The notes below the pieces were generated by a model, which was given only the letters and a program-made list of their open reading frames with translations, did no database searches and was not told the DNA's origin. Shown here one piece after another: positions 49,288-58,688 of a stretch of DNA of 64,000 bases. The DNA is taken from the IMG/VR virus record IMGVR_UViG_3300023184_000027, positions 124,001 to 188,000 of that record; one strand, given 5' to 3'. The translations under genes were made by a program, and so were the position numbers. Positions within the stretch are counted from its first letter, which is position 1. Each line of letters opens with the position of its first letter.

Positions 49288-50535
49288 TTACAAATTACCT
49301 GTTATTCTTTCACACCAACCTTTTGACGTACTAAACGGCCAAACAACCCAATACTTTGGTTTATGTGCTGTTTGAAATTCTCTCCAAACTTTACAATACC
49401 CATCAGGGTCTCTCATCATATTATTAATCTCATTAATATCGGCGTCTCGTCTATTTAATGTTTCGTCGTTTTCATCGTGAAAAGCAACAACCCAAAATTC
49501 ATAATCTTTTTCCGGAACTTGAGTAAATCCAATATCAATACAATGTTTAAAAATACTGGCATAACTCGCCAACCATTCTTCTTCAGTTTCATAAATTGTT
49601 GGATTCGGAGCGTAATGTTTGTCTAATGTGTATTGTTGAACAGCCCTATTTGAAAATTTAAGACCTGAATAAATTTCATAATCTTTTAATGTTCTTTCAG
49701 TTCCAAAACCATAGTAACTAAAATCCATAGTAACCTCCTCACCATCCATACCAAATAGTTGACGGTTTTTTAAATGAGATAATTCGTTTTTCTTACCCCA
49801 TTCTTTATCGTCATCCCATTGTTTGGTTCTACCCTTACGAGTATATTCGTGCCAAATAACGGTTTTATGTGGGTGGAATAAATCATATCCGTGAGTATAT
49901 GCTCTAACGGCAATTGAGATTTCTTCACCGTGGAAATAGAACTCTGGGTCGTGTTGAACCTCAACACTAAATTGACCTAATGTGAAGGCCATGTGTGCAG
50001 AATAAAATCTTGAAGTAACTGGTTCTTTAAGGTTTTCCCATCCCGGAATTGTTTCAGGTAAGAAGAAGACAGCTCCTTCAGGTATGAATCTATCAAACGA
50101 CATTCTCCATGGGTCTGTGACTCTTCCTGCCGGGTCATTGTCAGGGTCAAATGAAGAAACATATCCTGTTAATAAAGGTTTCTTAAATCCTTTCTTTTGA
50201 AGTTGTTTAATCATTTTGATTAAGGTGTCGTCCCAATCTTTCTCAAATCTCATATGAGAGTCAATTTGTAGGGTATATTCCTCACCTTTATATAATTGTT
50301 GTACTTGGTTTCTTGCCCAACAAACACCTTTAGATTCGGTGTATAAAACGTCAACAACTCTAAATCTTTTATCTTTTGCGTATTCAGATAAATCATCAAA
50401 CCCATCTTCCGGGTGATATTGACGACAGATTCCAATTACCAAATTTTTAGGTTTTTTTGCATTCTCCAACATTGACTTAATTGTTGGAATAAGTTGGGGG
50501 TCACGATAGGACGCGATTTGTACAAAAATTTTCAT
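49288..50535 (-). CDS. GT60-type polypeptide alpha-GlcNAc transferase (Skp1 Gnt1 / Golgi ppGlcNAcT family)
   Basis: IFVQIASYRD, GVCWAR, LQIDSHMRF..DWD, FHGEEISIAVRAYTHGYDLFHP, WHEY. Confidence 0.85.
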   Translation of the reverse strand: MKIFVQIASYRDPQLIPTIKSMLENAKKPKNLVIGICRQYHPEDGFDDLSEYAKDKRFRVVDVLYTESKGVCWARNQVQQLYKGEEYTLQIDSHMRFEKDWDDTLIKMIKQLQKKGFKKPLLTGYVSSFDPDNDPAGRVTDPWRMSFDRFIPEGAVFFLPETIPGWENLKEPVTSRFYSAHMAFTLGQFSVEVQHDPEFYFHGEEISIAVRAYTHGYDLFHPHKTVIWHEYTRKGRTKQWDDDKEWGKKNELSHLKNRQLFGMDGEEVTMDFSYYGFGTERTLKDYEIYSGLKFSNRAVQQYTLDKHYAPNPTIYETEEEWLASYASIFKHCIDIGFTQVPEKDYEFWVVAFHDENDETLNRRDADINEINNMMRDPDGYCKVWREFQTAHKPKYWVVWPFSTSKGWCERITGNL

Positions 50536-50580
50536 ATTTATTTTAATTTAAATAAAAAATAATGTTTAAAAAAAAAAGAT

Positions 50581-50632
50581 AAATATAAAAAAAAATAACT
50601 TTAACATTGTTAATCTGTTAAAGTTATTTTTT
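50581..50632 (-). terminator. Intrinsic terminator between the fibre genes and the glycosyltransferase operon
   Basis: 17-bp inverted repeat AAAAAATAACTTTAACA / TGTTAAAGTTATTTTTT with a T-rich tail on the minus strand. Confidence 0.65.
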
Positions 50633-50635
50633 GTG

Positions 50636-53600
50636 TTAAATTTCATCACAATAATCGAGAATTGGTGATGTGTTTGGATAACAATTAATTGTTAGGAGAG
50701 TATTTACTGGAACAAAAACCGATATAAATAATCCCTCGCAATTACGATAATTATAATAACATCCGGTGTATTTTGTAGTTTCAATTCCCATATCTTTATT
50801 AGAATTAAGTACGTACTGAATACATTTTGAAACACTTTCTATTGTCGTTGGTATTTGGATTGGTGGTAAAAGACTTTCATCAATTTTGACACAACGAACA
50901 GATAATCCATTTTGGTTATTCGGTTCAATTACATTCCCTGATTTTTTGACATAAGTATCTAATTCAATAGTGTTTTTAAAAGAACTGATTGTTATTGTTC
51001 TATTATAATTCAACAACCCTTTTGATGCCCAAAATGATGCGGAATAGCGAAAAGAATCCTCATATTCAAAAAAACCGGTAGTTTGATTATCACCTCTAAC
51101 TCCGGCTGGTAAAATACATAACCCGAACTTATCTGATGTTTTAAAATTTTTATTAGTAATCCAATGTCTTGTTCCTATTTCACACATTTTAGCACCTGAT
51201 GTGGGTCCACCCAATGACTCAATTAGATTCTCCCACTCAACACTTGTTGGTATACGATACCCAATTGGAGCTAAACCACCTGAATCTGTATTATTCACAG
51301 CATAGGAGTTATAAAGAAGACCATAACCTGGTTCACTGTTGACTGTTATTTTAATATTCCAAATATTAGATACTCTAAGACCATCGATTAAACATGTAGC
51401 ACCAATACCCTGATTAAAACTAATGATATTTGGTGTGATACCACTTTTAGTCCCGATTAACGGGCCTATTGTTGGTGATGGTTCTAATCCAAACTCATCA
51501 CCCTCTTTGAATACATAAAGACTTACACTTGGTGATGTTTTACTATATTTAACAACTACAAGATATTTTTCGTTAAAATTATATGTGGTGGTACTAACCG
51601 ATTGAGGGGTTGTTTGGGTATCATCAAATGATAAACCAAATTTAAATGTTGATGTGTTTATTTGTATTATAAATATTCTACCTCTTTCACCACCATCTTT
51701 ACTTTCTCTAAAACTAAAAAACTTTCCACTAACAGTTGTTAATATTGATACCTTAATAAGAAATGAACAATAAATATTGTTTGACTCTGCCCCGTTAAAT
51801 GTGTTATAAACGCTTTCTCCAATAGCATTTAAAGAAATTGAGTTTTTACTCCAAGTTTCATTATAATAGGTAAAAGTTAATCCTGTTGGTACTACTTTAA
51901 TCGGGTTAACCCCTGAATTTGTTGTGTGAGATAACCATTGATGTTTGTTCCCTAAATAATCAATGGTTGATTGATATGTTAAGTTAGTTGTTGCCAAATA
52001 ATCAAAATTATCGTCTAAAAGTATGTTTTGATATGTGTCTATATAATCGTAGTTTGGTCTAGTATTAGGGTAACACCAAGCACCTTCTGTTTGTATCATC
52101 CAATCACTATCGCTCAAATCATTACCATTACTAATTTTGGTGGTCCCATTCGCATAAACTTTCACATCCAAATTGGATGTTCTCCAAAAATTACCACCCA
52201 CGTATACATCACCACTTTTTACAGTTCCAATACGAGGTGTCAAAGGTGGGAAATTATGTGAAGAATTTTCTATACTAACGGTAATGGTCACAGGCCCTTC
52301 GGGTGTGATAATTGTAAATTTGTTCCTCGATGGGTCCGTACTTATATATTCTACACCAGCACTCCATGACCCATCCCATGTAGAGATAGTCACATAGTTT
52401 TGTTTTTGATAATATTTGTCACGTGCCGGAGCTACGATTGCTACATTCGGTGTTTTTGTCATTTTTAAATTAAACTCAATAGAGTTATTTAACCCTATTT
52501 CGTCTACACCTTCGTTAACAGTTAGGTGTCCAATTTGTGTCTCACCATAAACACCCCAATTAAATATTTTAATAGAACCGTTTATTGGGTTCGATAAAGT
52601 CCAGTTACCGGATGGGTTTTTGTAATCATAATCAACAAAGGTTAATGTTGACGTAGACAAATAAATTGGTTTTGGTGTTGGTGTTGGTGTCTTAGTGTTT
52701 GTTGGTGTTGGTGTTGGGGTTGGATTAGGGGTTCTTGTTTGTGTTGGTGTTTTTGTTTGCGTTGGTGTTGGCGTCGGAGTTTGGGTTAATCCTGGTGTTT
52801 GTGTTGGTGTTGGCGTCGGAGTTGGTGTTACATTACATATTTCACACTCCTCACTAAATTCATAACCATTCCAATATCTAACATGAAGACCACTAAAATA
52901 ATATCCCTCTGGTGCATCATCATAACATTTAACACCATCGGAATATTGGATATTTGTTGCTTCACAAAAATAAGGACTATCCAAACAAAAACTCTCCGTT
53001 GTTCCACGGTCAGTACACGCTTGTTCAAAAGTACCGTGTTGAAGTGGTAGAATTTTTCTACCAAGTGTTGGTGTCGGTGTTGAAGTTGATGTTCTAGTTG
53101 GTGTAGGTTGTAGCTTTTGGGTTTTAGTTGGTGTTGGTGTTTTAGTCGGGGTTTTAGTTGGTGTTGGTGTTGCACGAGGGGTTTTTGTAACTGTTGGGGT
53201 TGGGGTTGGGGTGGCCAACCAAGACTCATCTGATTGGCATGGATTATATTTAATACTTGAGGTTAAAGTTGATGTTGAGCCTGTTGCGTAGTATATAGTG
53301 TTATTTTTATTTTTGTAATTATCTTTGTTAGCCTCGTATTTTACTGTTCTAAATTCTAAACTACAATTAAATTTAAAATTGGCGGTTGATGAAATTTTAA
53401 AAGTATAAACATCTCTATTGTTAACATTCGCACTGTCCTTAGTGAGTATATTAAGATTATTATTAATTAAATCATGTCCTGGGATTCTTTGGGGTAGATA
53501 GCTCGTGTTCCAAGTAGTTGCAGAATACCAAGGTGTTTGAGTGATATTTGAAGTTGATTTAACTTCTTTATATGGATTAGTCTGTAGAAACCAATGTGTG

Positions 53601-54166
53601 AAAGAGGTGTTAGGAAATGTTGTTTTATTGATGATGGGATACGTAGTACCAGAAGGGTATACTAATGGTTCAGTGGAGCTAGATTTTGATTTAACAACGT
53701 TAACCGTCTTAGATGATTTTTTAATTTCAACACCATTTTTAAATAAATGTGTTTTAAATATGAATGTTTGGTTTGTCAATACTTGAATTTCTAACGCAAC
53801 TTCTCTAAGATAAAAATCTCCCGCATCAAAAGAAAAACTACTAGTGTTAGCGGAGTATAAAAATCCTGAGGTATTTCCTGAACATACTTCGTTCTTAATA
53901 TAAATTGGGAATGTTAATAGTTTTTTATCGGAAAAATTAGTTTTTTTTGCAAAAATAGATGTTGCATTAATAGGTACTTCAACTCTAACTCCAGGGTCGG
54001 TAATTAATCTATCTTGAGTTATACCTGAAGCAATAACAGTGCTAGTACCTAACGGATTGTATATTTTGGCGGGGTACGATGTTTTCCCTACAATGTAGTA
54101 ATTAATATCGTAAATACCATCGATGTCTCCTTGACTTACTTTTATATCAAATTGTTTATATTCCAT
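50636..54166 (-). CDS. Modular fibre/surface protein: Pro-Thr tracts + FISUMP (Fib_succ_major) domain interrupted by a beta-sandwich insert
   Basis: W..SNL.V..Y.NG...GAWCY...YGLLYN.YAV...LAP.GYRIPT..EW...PAG.R...FW...GLSVRCVK; two (TP)n tracts. Confidence 0.8.
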   Translation of the reverse strand: MEYKQFDIKVSQGDIDGIYDINYYIVGKTSYPAKIYNPLGTSTVIASGITQDRLITDPGVRVEVPINATSIFAKKTNFSDKKLLTFPIYIKNEVCSGNTSGFLYSANTSSFSFDAGDFYLREVALEIQVLTNQTFIFKTHLFKNGVEIKKSSKTVNVVKSKSSSTEPLVYPSGTTYPIINKTTFPNTSFTHWFLQTNPYKEVKSTSNITQTPWYSATTWNTSYLPQRIPGHDLINNNLNILTKDSANVNNRDVYTFKISSTANFKFNCSLEFRTVKYEANKDNYKNKNNTIYYATGSTSTLTSSIKYNPCQSDESWLATPTPTPTVTKTPRATPTPTKTPTKTPTPTKTQKLQPTPTRTSTSTPTPTLGRKILPLQHGTFEQACTDRGTTESFCLDSPYFCEATNIQYSDGVKCYDDAPEGYYFSGLHVRYWNGYEFSEECEICNVTPTPTPTPTQTPGLTQTPTPTPTQTKTPTQTRTPNPTPTPTPTNTKTPTPTPKPIYLSTSTLTFVDYDYKNPSGNWTLSNPINGSIKIFNWGVYGETQIGHLTVNEGVDEIGLNNSIEFNLKMTKTPNVAIVAPARDKYYQKQNYVTISTWDGSWSAGVEYISTDPSRNKFTIITPEGPVTITVSIENSSHNFPPLTPRIGTVKSGDVYVGGNFWRTSNLDVKVYANGTTKISNGNDLSDSDWMIQTEGAWCYPNTRPNYDYIDTYQNILLDDNFDYLATTNLTYQSTIDYLGNKHQWLSHTTNSGVNPIKVVPTGLTFTYYNETWSKNSISLNAIGESVYNTFNGAESNNIYCSFLIKVSILTTVSGKFFSFRESKDGGERGRIFIIQINTSTFKFGLSFDDTQTTPQSVSTTTYNFNEKYLVVVKYSKTSPSVSLYVFKEGDEFGLEPSPTIGPLIGTKSGITPNIISFNQGIGATCLIDGLRVSNIWNIKITVNSEPGYGLLYNSYAVNNTDSGGLAPIGYRIPTSVEWENLIESLGGPTSGAKMCEIGTRHWITNKNFKTSDKFGLCILPAGVRGDNQTTGFFEYEDSFRYSASFWASKGLLNYNRTITISSFKNTIELDTYVKKSGNVIEPNNQNGLSVRCVKIDESLLPPIQIPTTIESVSKCIQYVLNSNKDMGIETTKYTGCYYNYRNCEGLFISVFVPVNTLLTINCYPNTSPILDYCDEI

Positions 54167-54205
54167 TTTAATTCTTAATTTATTTATTTTTGTGTTAGTT
54201 TAATT

Positions 54206-57200
54206 TTATGATAAACAGTTAAAGTCAACGGAAAATTCACCGGTTAAGATGTTATATGTGTATAATCCAACACAAGAAAGGTTTGAACAACCCTTACCAT
54301 AAACATCAAACGAATCAAAAGGGTATTCACATAATAGCGAACCTTTTTCTATTGTATTTTTAAAACCATAATTACCATTACTAATCATTTCACCACCTGA
54401 ATAGACTGACATTTTTATTCCGACTACACCATCTTTAAGTTGTCCGTACCAATCTGCTTTACAGTTAAGTTGAATTGATGTTACACTACCATTAAGTTTT
54501 AATTTTTTAATATCAACGTATACACTTTCTAAACCAGTCGATGATGTATTATCTCCTCCCCACCATAAATAAGGTCCACCATATTTACCACTCTTTCTTA
54601 TGCTCCCTTGTTTACAATATCCAACCGGAATAGACTCCATATAAGGGGTTGTTTCACCATTTACGTATAGTGTGGTCAAAGTATCTAAATCCTGTCCAGA
54701 TGTTTGTGAAAAACTATATGTAAATACAACATAATCAGCATTAAGTATTATTGGTATTTTTGTTGGTGTTGGTGTAAGTGTTGGTGTAATTGTTGGTTTT
54801 GGTGTCCTAGTTGGTGTGTGGGTTGGTGTTTGAGTTGGTGTTGGTGTTGGTACACCAATTTCTTGTGCGATGAAATTATATACAGGGTTAAGAACGCCTA
54901 AATTTTTTCCATCTATGTAAAAGGTGATATGCTTAGTTGATATTAATACTCTAGCAACATATGTCATTGGTTGTGTGTAATCCACATTAAATGTGTAGTA
55001 ATCGGTAACATTTTCACAGTTTGATAAACTGGATAATAAAGTACCCCCTTTAGACCATTCATTCTCAATTGTGGTTGATGTTACACTAGAAAAGAATATA
55101 TCGTTTTTATATATTGTTAATGTAATAGGAACGCCACCTGTTGATGATTTTATTTCTAAAGACGCAGTTCTTTCTGTGTATGGACTTAATAATTTAAACT
55201 CATCACATTTTGAAAATGATATGGAATCTCTTGTATCGTTAAAAACAAACCCAAATCTATTATCAGGTGATAATGTACTATCACTTTTAAGTCGATATTT
55301 AAATGGTATTATATTAGGTGGTGTGAAACAACGTAATTTATCTATTGACCAATTAGACCCTCCAATTGGTGAAATCGCAACAATTCTAATTGTTGTTACA
55401 CCAGAAGTTGTTTTATTAAATTTTAATCTAATATTTCCATCGGCAATATTTATGCCATAATACTTATCGACACCTATTTGAGGTGATGGTGTTGAGGTTC
55501 CATAAAATCTGTCCCCGTCACTCGCAATGTCTCTTAAATCAAAAGATACGTTAATTATTGGTGTAATATGTGGTCTCCATCCATTATTTTCGTATATATA
55601 TCTATTTAATGATTTTACTTTAATAATCTCGTCAATATAATATTGGCGTTCATCACTAAACAATTTATTCCCAATAAATAAAGAATCACAAACCAATTTG
55701 TTATCCCAATAAATTTGGAATCTATCGGGAAGTTCTGCAGAATCAAAATCTAACGATGTTATTCCGGTTAATGTTCCAATATTTGTTGTCATCTCATAAT
55801 AACCTTTACCAAAATTTGAGATTTGATTAAAACCTTCACCACAAGGTATAACTATGACGTTATTATTTTTACATAAATATGTCGACCCAATTGTGTACGT
55901 AATGTTATTTAATGGTGATTTTGTGATTATACTATTTATAGTAATTTCAGATATAATATCGGATGAACTAAAATATGTACCATAAGGTATTAATGTTTTT
56001 GATAATGTAGGTGATGTTGTTGCGGTATATGTTTTAGTTTTATTACCACTTTTAACATCAACAGATAAACTAACCTCATTGTGTGTTGGTGTGTTAGCAT
56101 TTGTTGTTTTACTAACACCAACAATATAAAAACCTTTAGATGTTTTATCATCACAATTTTCAGAAATGTTTAATATAATTTCATCCGGTTTACTATAATA
56201 AAAAGGTGTATAATTAATCCAATCAATTAAAGGTAAATAAAACCCTTCAGGTGCTGAAACATATGAACCACCTGAAAATATTAATAAGTCATTAATTGAT
56301 GAATAATCAGAAGATGTTTTTTTTACCAAACCTTGATAACATTTATCATTACTTTCTAATGTTGTTGGGTCAAAAGTTCGGGAATCATCCATTAATAATT
56401 TAGTTTGTGTTAATGAAGTGATAGAGGTATCCGTTAAAAACCAATTACTAATATATGATGGGTAAAAAGAATTGGTTTGGGTTTCATTATTAATTCTTAT
56501 TATTTTCCCAGATTCAACCTGATATGTTTTAATAGGTTGGGTTGGGAGTATTCTTGAAGGGCTCCCATCAATAGTCCCTCCGTATGGCGCACCTGTGTAG
56601 AACCCTTTTAAGGCTTTATTACAACCTGATGGGTCTAAATAAACGTTTCTACCAACAGTCAAACCAAATGTGTCTCTGTTATCAAAAAATAATCTAACGG
56701 ATTCTGAAACAACTGGTGATTTGGTTGTCCCAAACTCAACCCATGATATATTTGTATATTTTGAATCTAAAATCCCCATATATATGTCGGGGATTGATTC
56801 AGAATAGTTCCCATGTGTTATAGCAAATTCATACGATGAATCCAATAATGCTTTTGCTTTGTTATTAGCATCTAATTGACTGATACAACTAAACACTTGT
56901 CCCGCAGGAATTGTGATTTTTGATGATGTAAAAATTTCTAAATCACAAGAATTGTCGGGGATTTCTTGTTCTAACAGTGTGTTAAAATAAGTAAAGTTAA
57001 TACCGTTTTTACATAATGGTTCAGGTTTACCTGATATGTAAGGTAATATTATTAGGCGTTCCCAAGATGTGACTAATGTGGGGTCATCGGGCATTATTGA
57101 GGATTGACTAGATTGTGTTATCGTTTTTGCACCTTCTTGGAAATAATCATAAAAAATACCCGAACATTGAGTCTTACTTGTTATCTTTCCTTCGTTGTTT

Positions 57201-58675
57201 GGAGTGTAATAATAAATCCCATCACAATAAATCCCTGGTAATGCCGCAGAATTTGTTTTGTCTGACAATGTGTCGTTAATTTCTATATATGGTGAAGGTG
57301 TATATCTATGTAAAAATATCTTACAATCTTCTTTTGTGGTTATTGTTGTTTTTTTGAAAAGTTTAATAACCACCGTAAAAACTAAAATCACTAAACCAAC
57401 AATTGCTAATATTGTACCAATACCGGGGGCTACATTCATACCCAAAATACTTGCAACCGCAGTCTGACAACCACAAGCAGCCATAAGATGCCAACCAGCA
57501 CCTATGTTAATTATGTCAACAACTAACACTCCAATTCCAAGAGCTGCCCCTGTTGCTGCGAAATTAGCCCCACTTTTCCAAGTCATAATTCCTGACATTC
57601 CTTTAATACTTAATATTTTACGCCAATCAGTTTCACTAGAATCATAACCATTTACTAATCCCGACCCTAATTTAATTAACGCGTGTAAAGAACCTATGAT
57701 GGGATAATGTGACTTATTAGAATAACTATATAAAGTAAAAGTATTTTTACTTGAATCGTCGATAACATTATCATCATACCCAAGGTAATAACGATAACTC
57801 TCCGGATTAACTAAATCTGTTTGTGAAATAATTTCTTTAATTTTACCAATATCGCTCATTTTTGGAATAACACAAGCCGATGATGTGTCGGTATCACTAC
57901 TATAATATGACCTAGGTCCATCAGTTATTGTTGTTGTTTTTGTTTTAGAGAAAGCATTTTTTTTAACTGTTCTATAATATGTTGTCGAACCAAAAGCTCT
58001 ATCAAGTTCCCCACCAACTTTATATACATTACGACCGTACCCATAATAATAGGGTAAAGCCGGATTACTAAAAAATGGTGAAGAATAAACCAATGTGTTA
58101 GTGGTCCAACCAGTTATGTTAGTAAAAGAATATAGTTTTGTTCTTAATTTAGGGGTATTGAATGAGTCGTAAGGTGAATAAACGTGCATTCCAACATCAT
58201 ATGAATAAACATCATCAGGACATCCATATTTTATATATACTGACGATGGTTCGTCTTTAACTTTATATTGTCCTAACCCAATATTAATTAATAATGTCTC
58301 TGAAGTATTAGTTTGGTCTGAATTTACAATAATATGGTATGTTATTTCACCTATAACTCCGTCTTTCTTAAACACGTTCACATTCATTAAATCTGAATCT
58401 GCGGGAATATATAACCCATTTTTATTTGTCGAGACAGACGCTGGTGCCCCATTAGGGTGTACAAAAGACACACATCCGTAATCAACATTATCGGATGGGC
58501 GAATCTCAATTGTTATTACACCATGATTTGTGTTATCATGACTTAATTTTAAAGGGATTATTTTGGTTGCGAATCGTAAATCTCTAGGAAAATCAGAACT
58601 CTTTATGAATTTTGGTGATGACGAATCATAATCGGATTCGGTAAAAATGTATATTGGTGATGTATTTTGTAACAT
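54206..58675 (-). CDS. Large modular virion protein with hydrophobic hairpin, DUF5977-like module, Pro-Thr tract and C-terminal DLD...GGDN...E domain
   Basis: ITIPAGQVFSCISQLDANNKA (DUF5977-like); Gly/Ala-rich hydrophobic stretch; QDLDT...WGGDNTSSTGLESVYVD. Confidence 0.65.
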   Translation of the reverse strand: MLQNTSPIYIFTESDYDSSSPKFIKSSDFPRDLRFATKIIPLKLSHDNTNHGVITIEIRPSDNVDYGCVSFVHPNGAPASVSTNKNGLYIPADSDLMNVNVFKKDGVIGEITYHIIVNSDQTNTSETLLINIGLGQYKVKDEPSSVYIKYGCPDDVYSYDVGMHVYSPYDSFNTPKLRTKLYSFTNITGWTTNTLVYSSPFFSNPALPYYYGYGRNVYKVGGELDRAFGSTTYYRTVKKNAFSKTKTTTITDGPRSYYSSDTDTSSACVIPKMSDIGKIKEIISQTDLVNPESYRYYLGYDDNVIDDSSKNTFTLYSYSNKSHYPIIGSLHALIKLGSGLVNGYDSSETDWRKILSIKGMSGIMTWKSGANFAATGAALGIGVLVVDIINIGAGWHLMAACGCQTAVASILGMNVAPGIGTILAIVGLVILVFTVVIKLFKKTTITTKEDCKIFLHRYTPSPYIEINDTLSDKTNSAALPGIYCDGIYYYTPNNEGKITSKTQCSGIFYDYFQEGAKTITQSSQSSIMPDDPTLVTSWERLIILPYISGKPEPLCKNGINFTYFNTLLEQEIPDNSCDLEIFTSSKITIPAGQVFSCISQLDANNKAKALLDSSYEFAITHGNYSESIPDIYMGILDSKYTNISWVEFGTTKSPVVSESVRLFFDNRDTFGLTVGRNVYLDPSGCNKALKGFYTGAPYGGTIDGSPSRILPTQPIKTYQVESGKIIRINNETQTNSFYPSYISNWFLTDTSITSLTQTKLLMDDSRTFDPTTLESNDKCYQGLVKKTSSDYSSINDLLIFSGGSYVSAPEGFYLPLIDWINYTPFYYSKPDEIILNISENCDDKTSKGFYIVGVSKTTNANTPTHNEVSLSVDVKSGNKTKTYTATTSPTLSKTLIPYGTYFSSSDIISEITINSIITKSPLNNITYTIGSTYLCKNNNVIVIPCGEGFNQISNFGKGYYEMTTNIGTLTGITSLDFDSAELPDRFQIYWDNKLVCDSLFIGNKLFSDERQYYIDEIIKVKSLNRYIYENNGWRPHITPIINVSFDLRDIASDGDRFYGTSTPSPQIGVDKYYGINIADGNIRLKFNKTTSGVTTIRIVAISPIGGSNWSIDKLRCFTPPNIIPFKYRLKSDSTLSPDNRFGFVFNDTRDSISFSKCDEFKLLSPYTERTASLEIKSSTGGVPITLTIYKNDIFFSSVTSTTIENEWSKGGTLLSSLSNCENVTDYYTFNVDYTQPMTYVARVLISTKHITFYIDGKNLGVLNPVYNFIAQEIGVPTPTPTQTPTHTPTRTPKPTITPTLTPTPTKIPIILNADYVVFTYSFSQTSGQDLDTLTTLYVNGETTPYMESIPVGYCKQGSIRKSGKYGGPYLWWGGDNTSSTGLESVYVDIKKLKLNGSVTSIQLNCKADWYGQLKDGVVGIKMSVYSGGEMISNGNYGFKNTIEKGSLLCEYPFDSFDVYGKGCSNLSCVGLYTYNILTGEFSVDFNCLS

Positions 58676-58688
58676 ATGTATTTATTTA

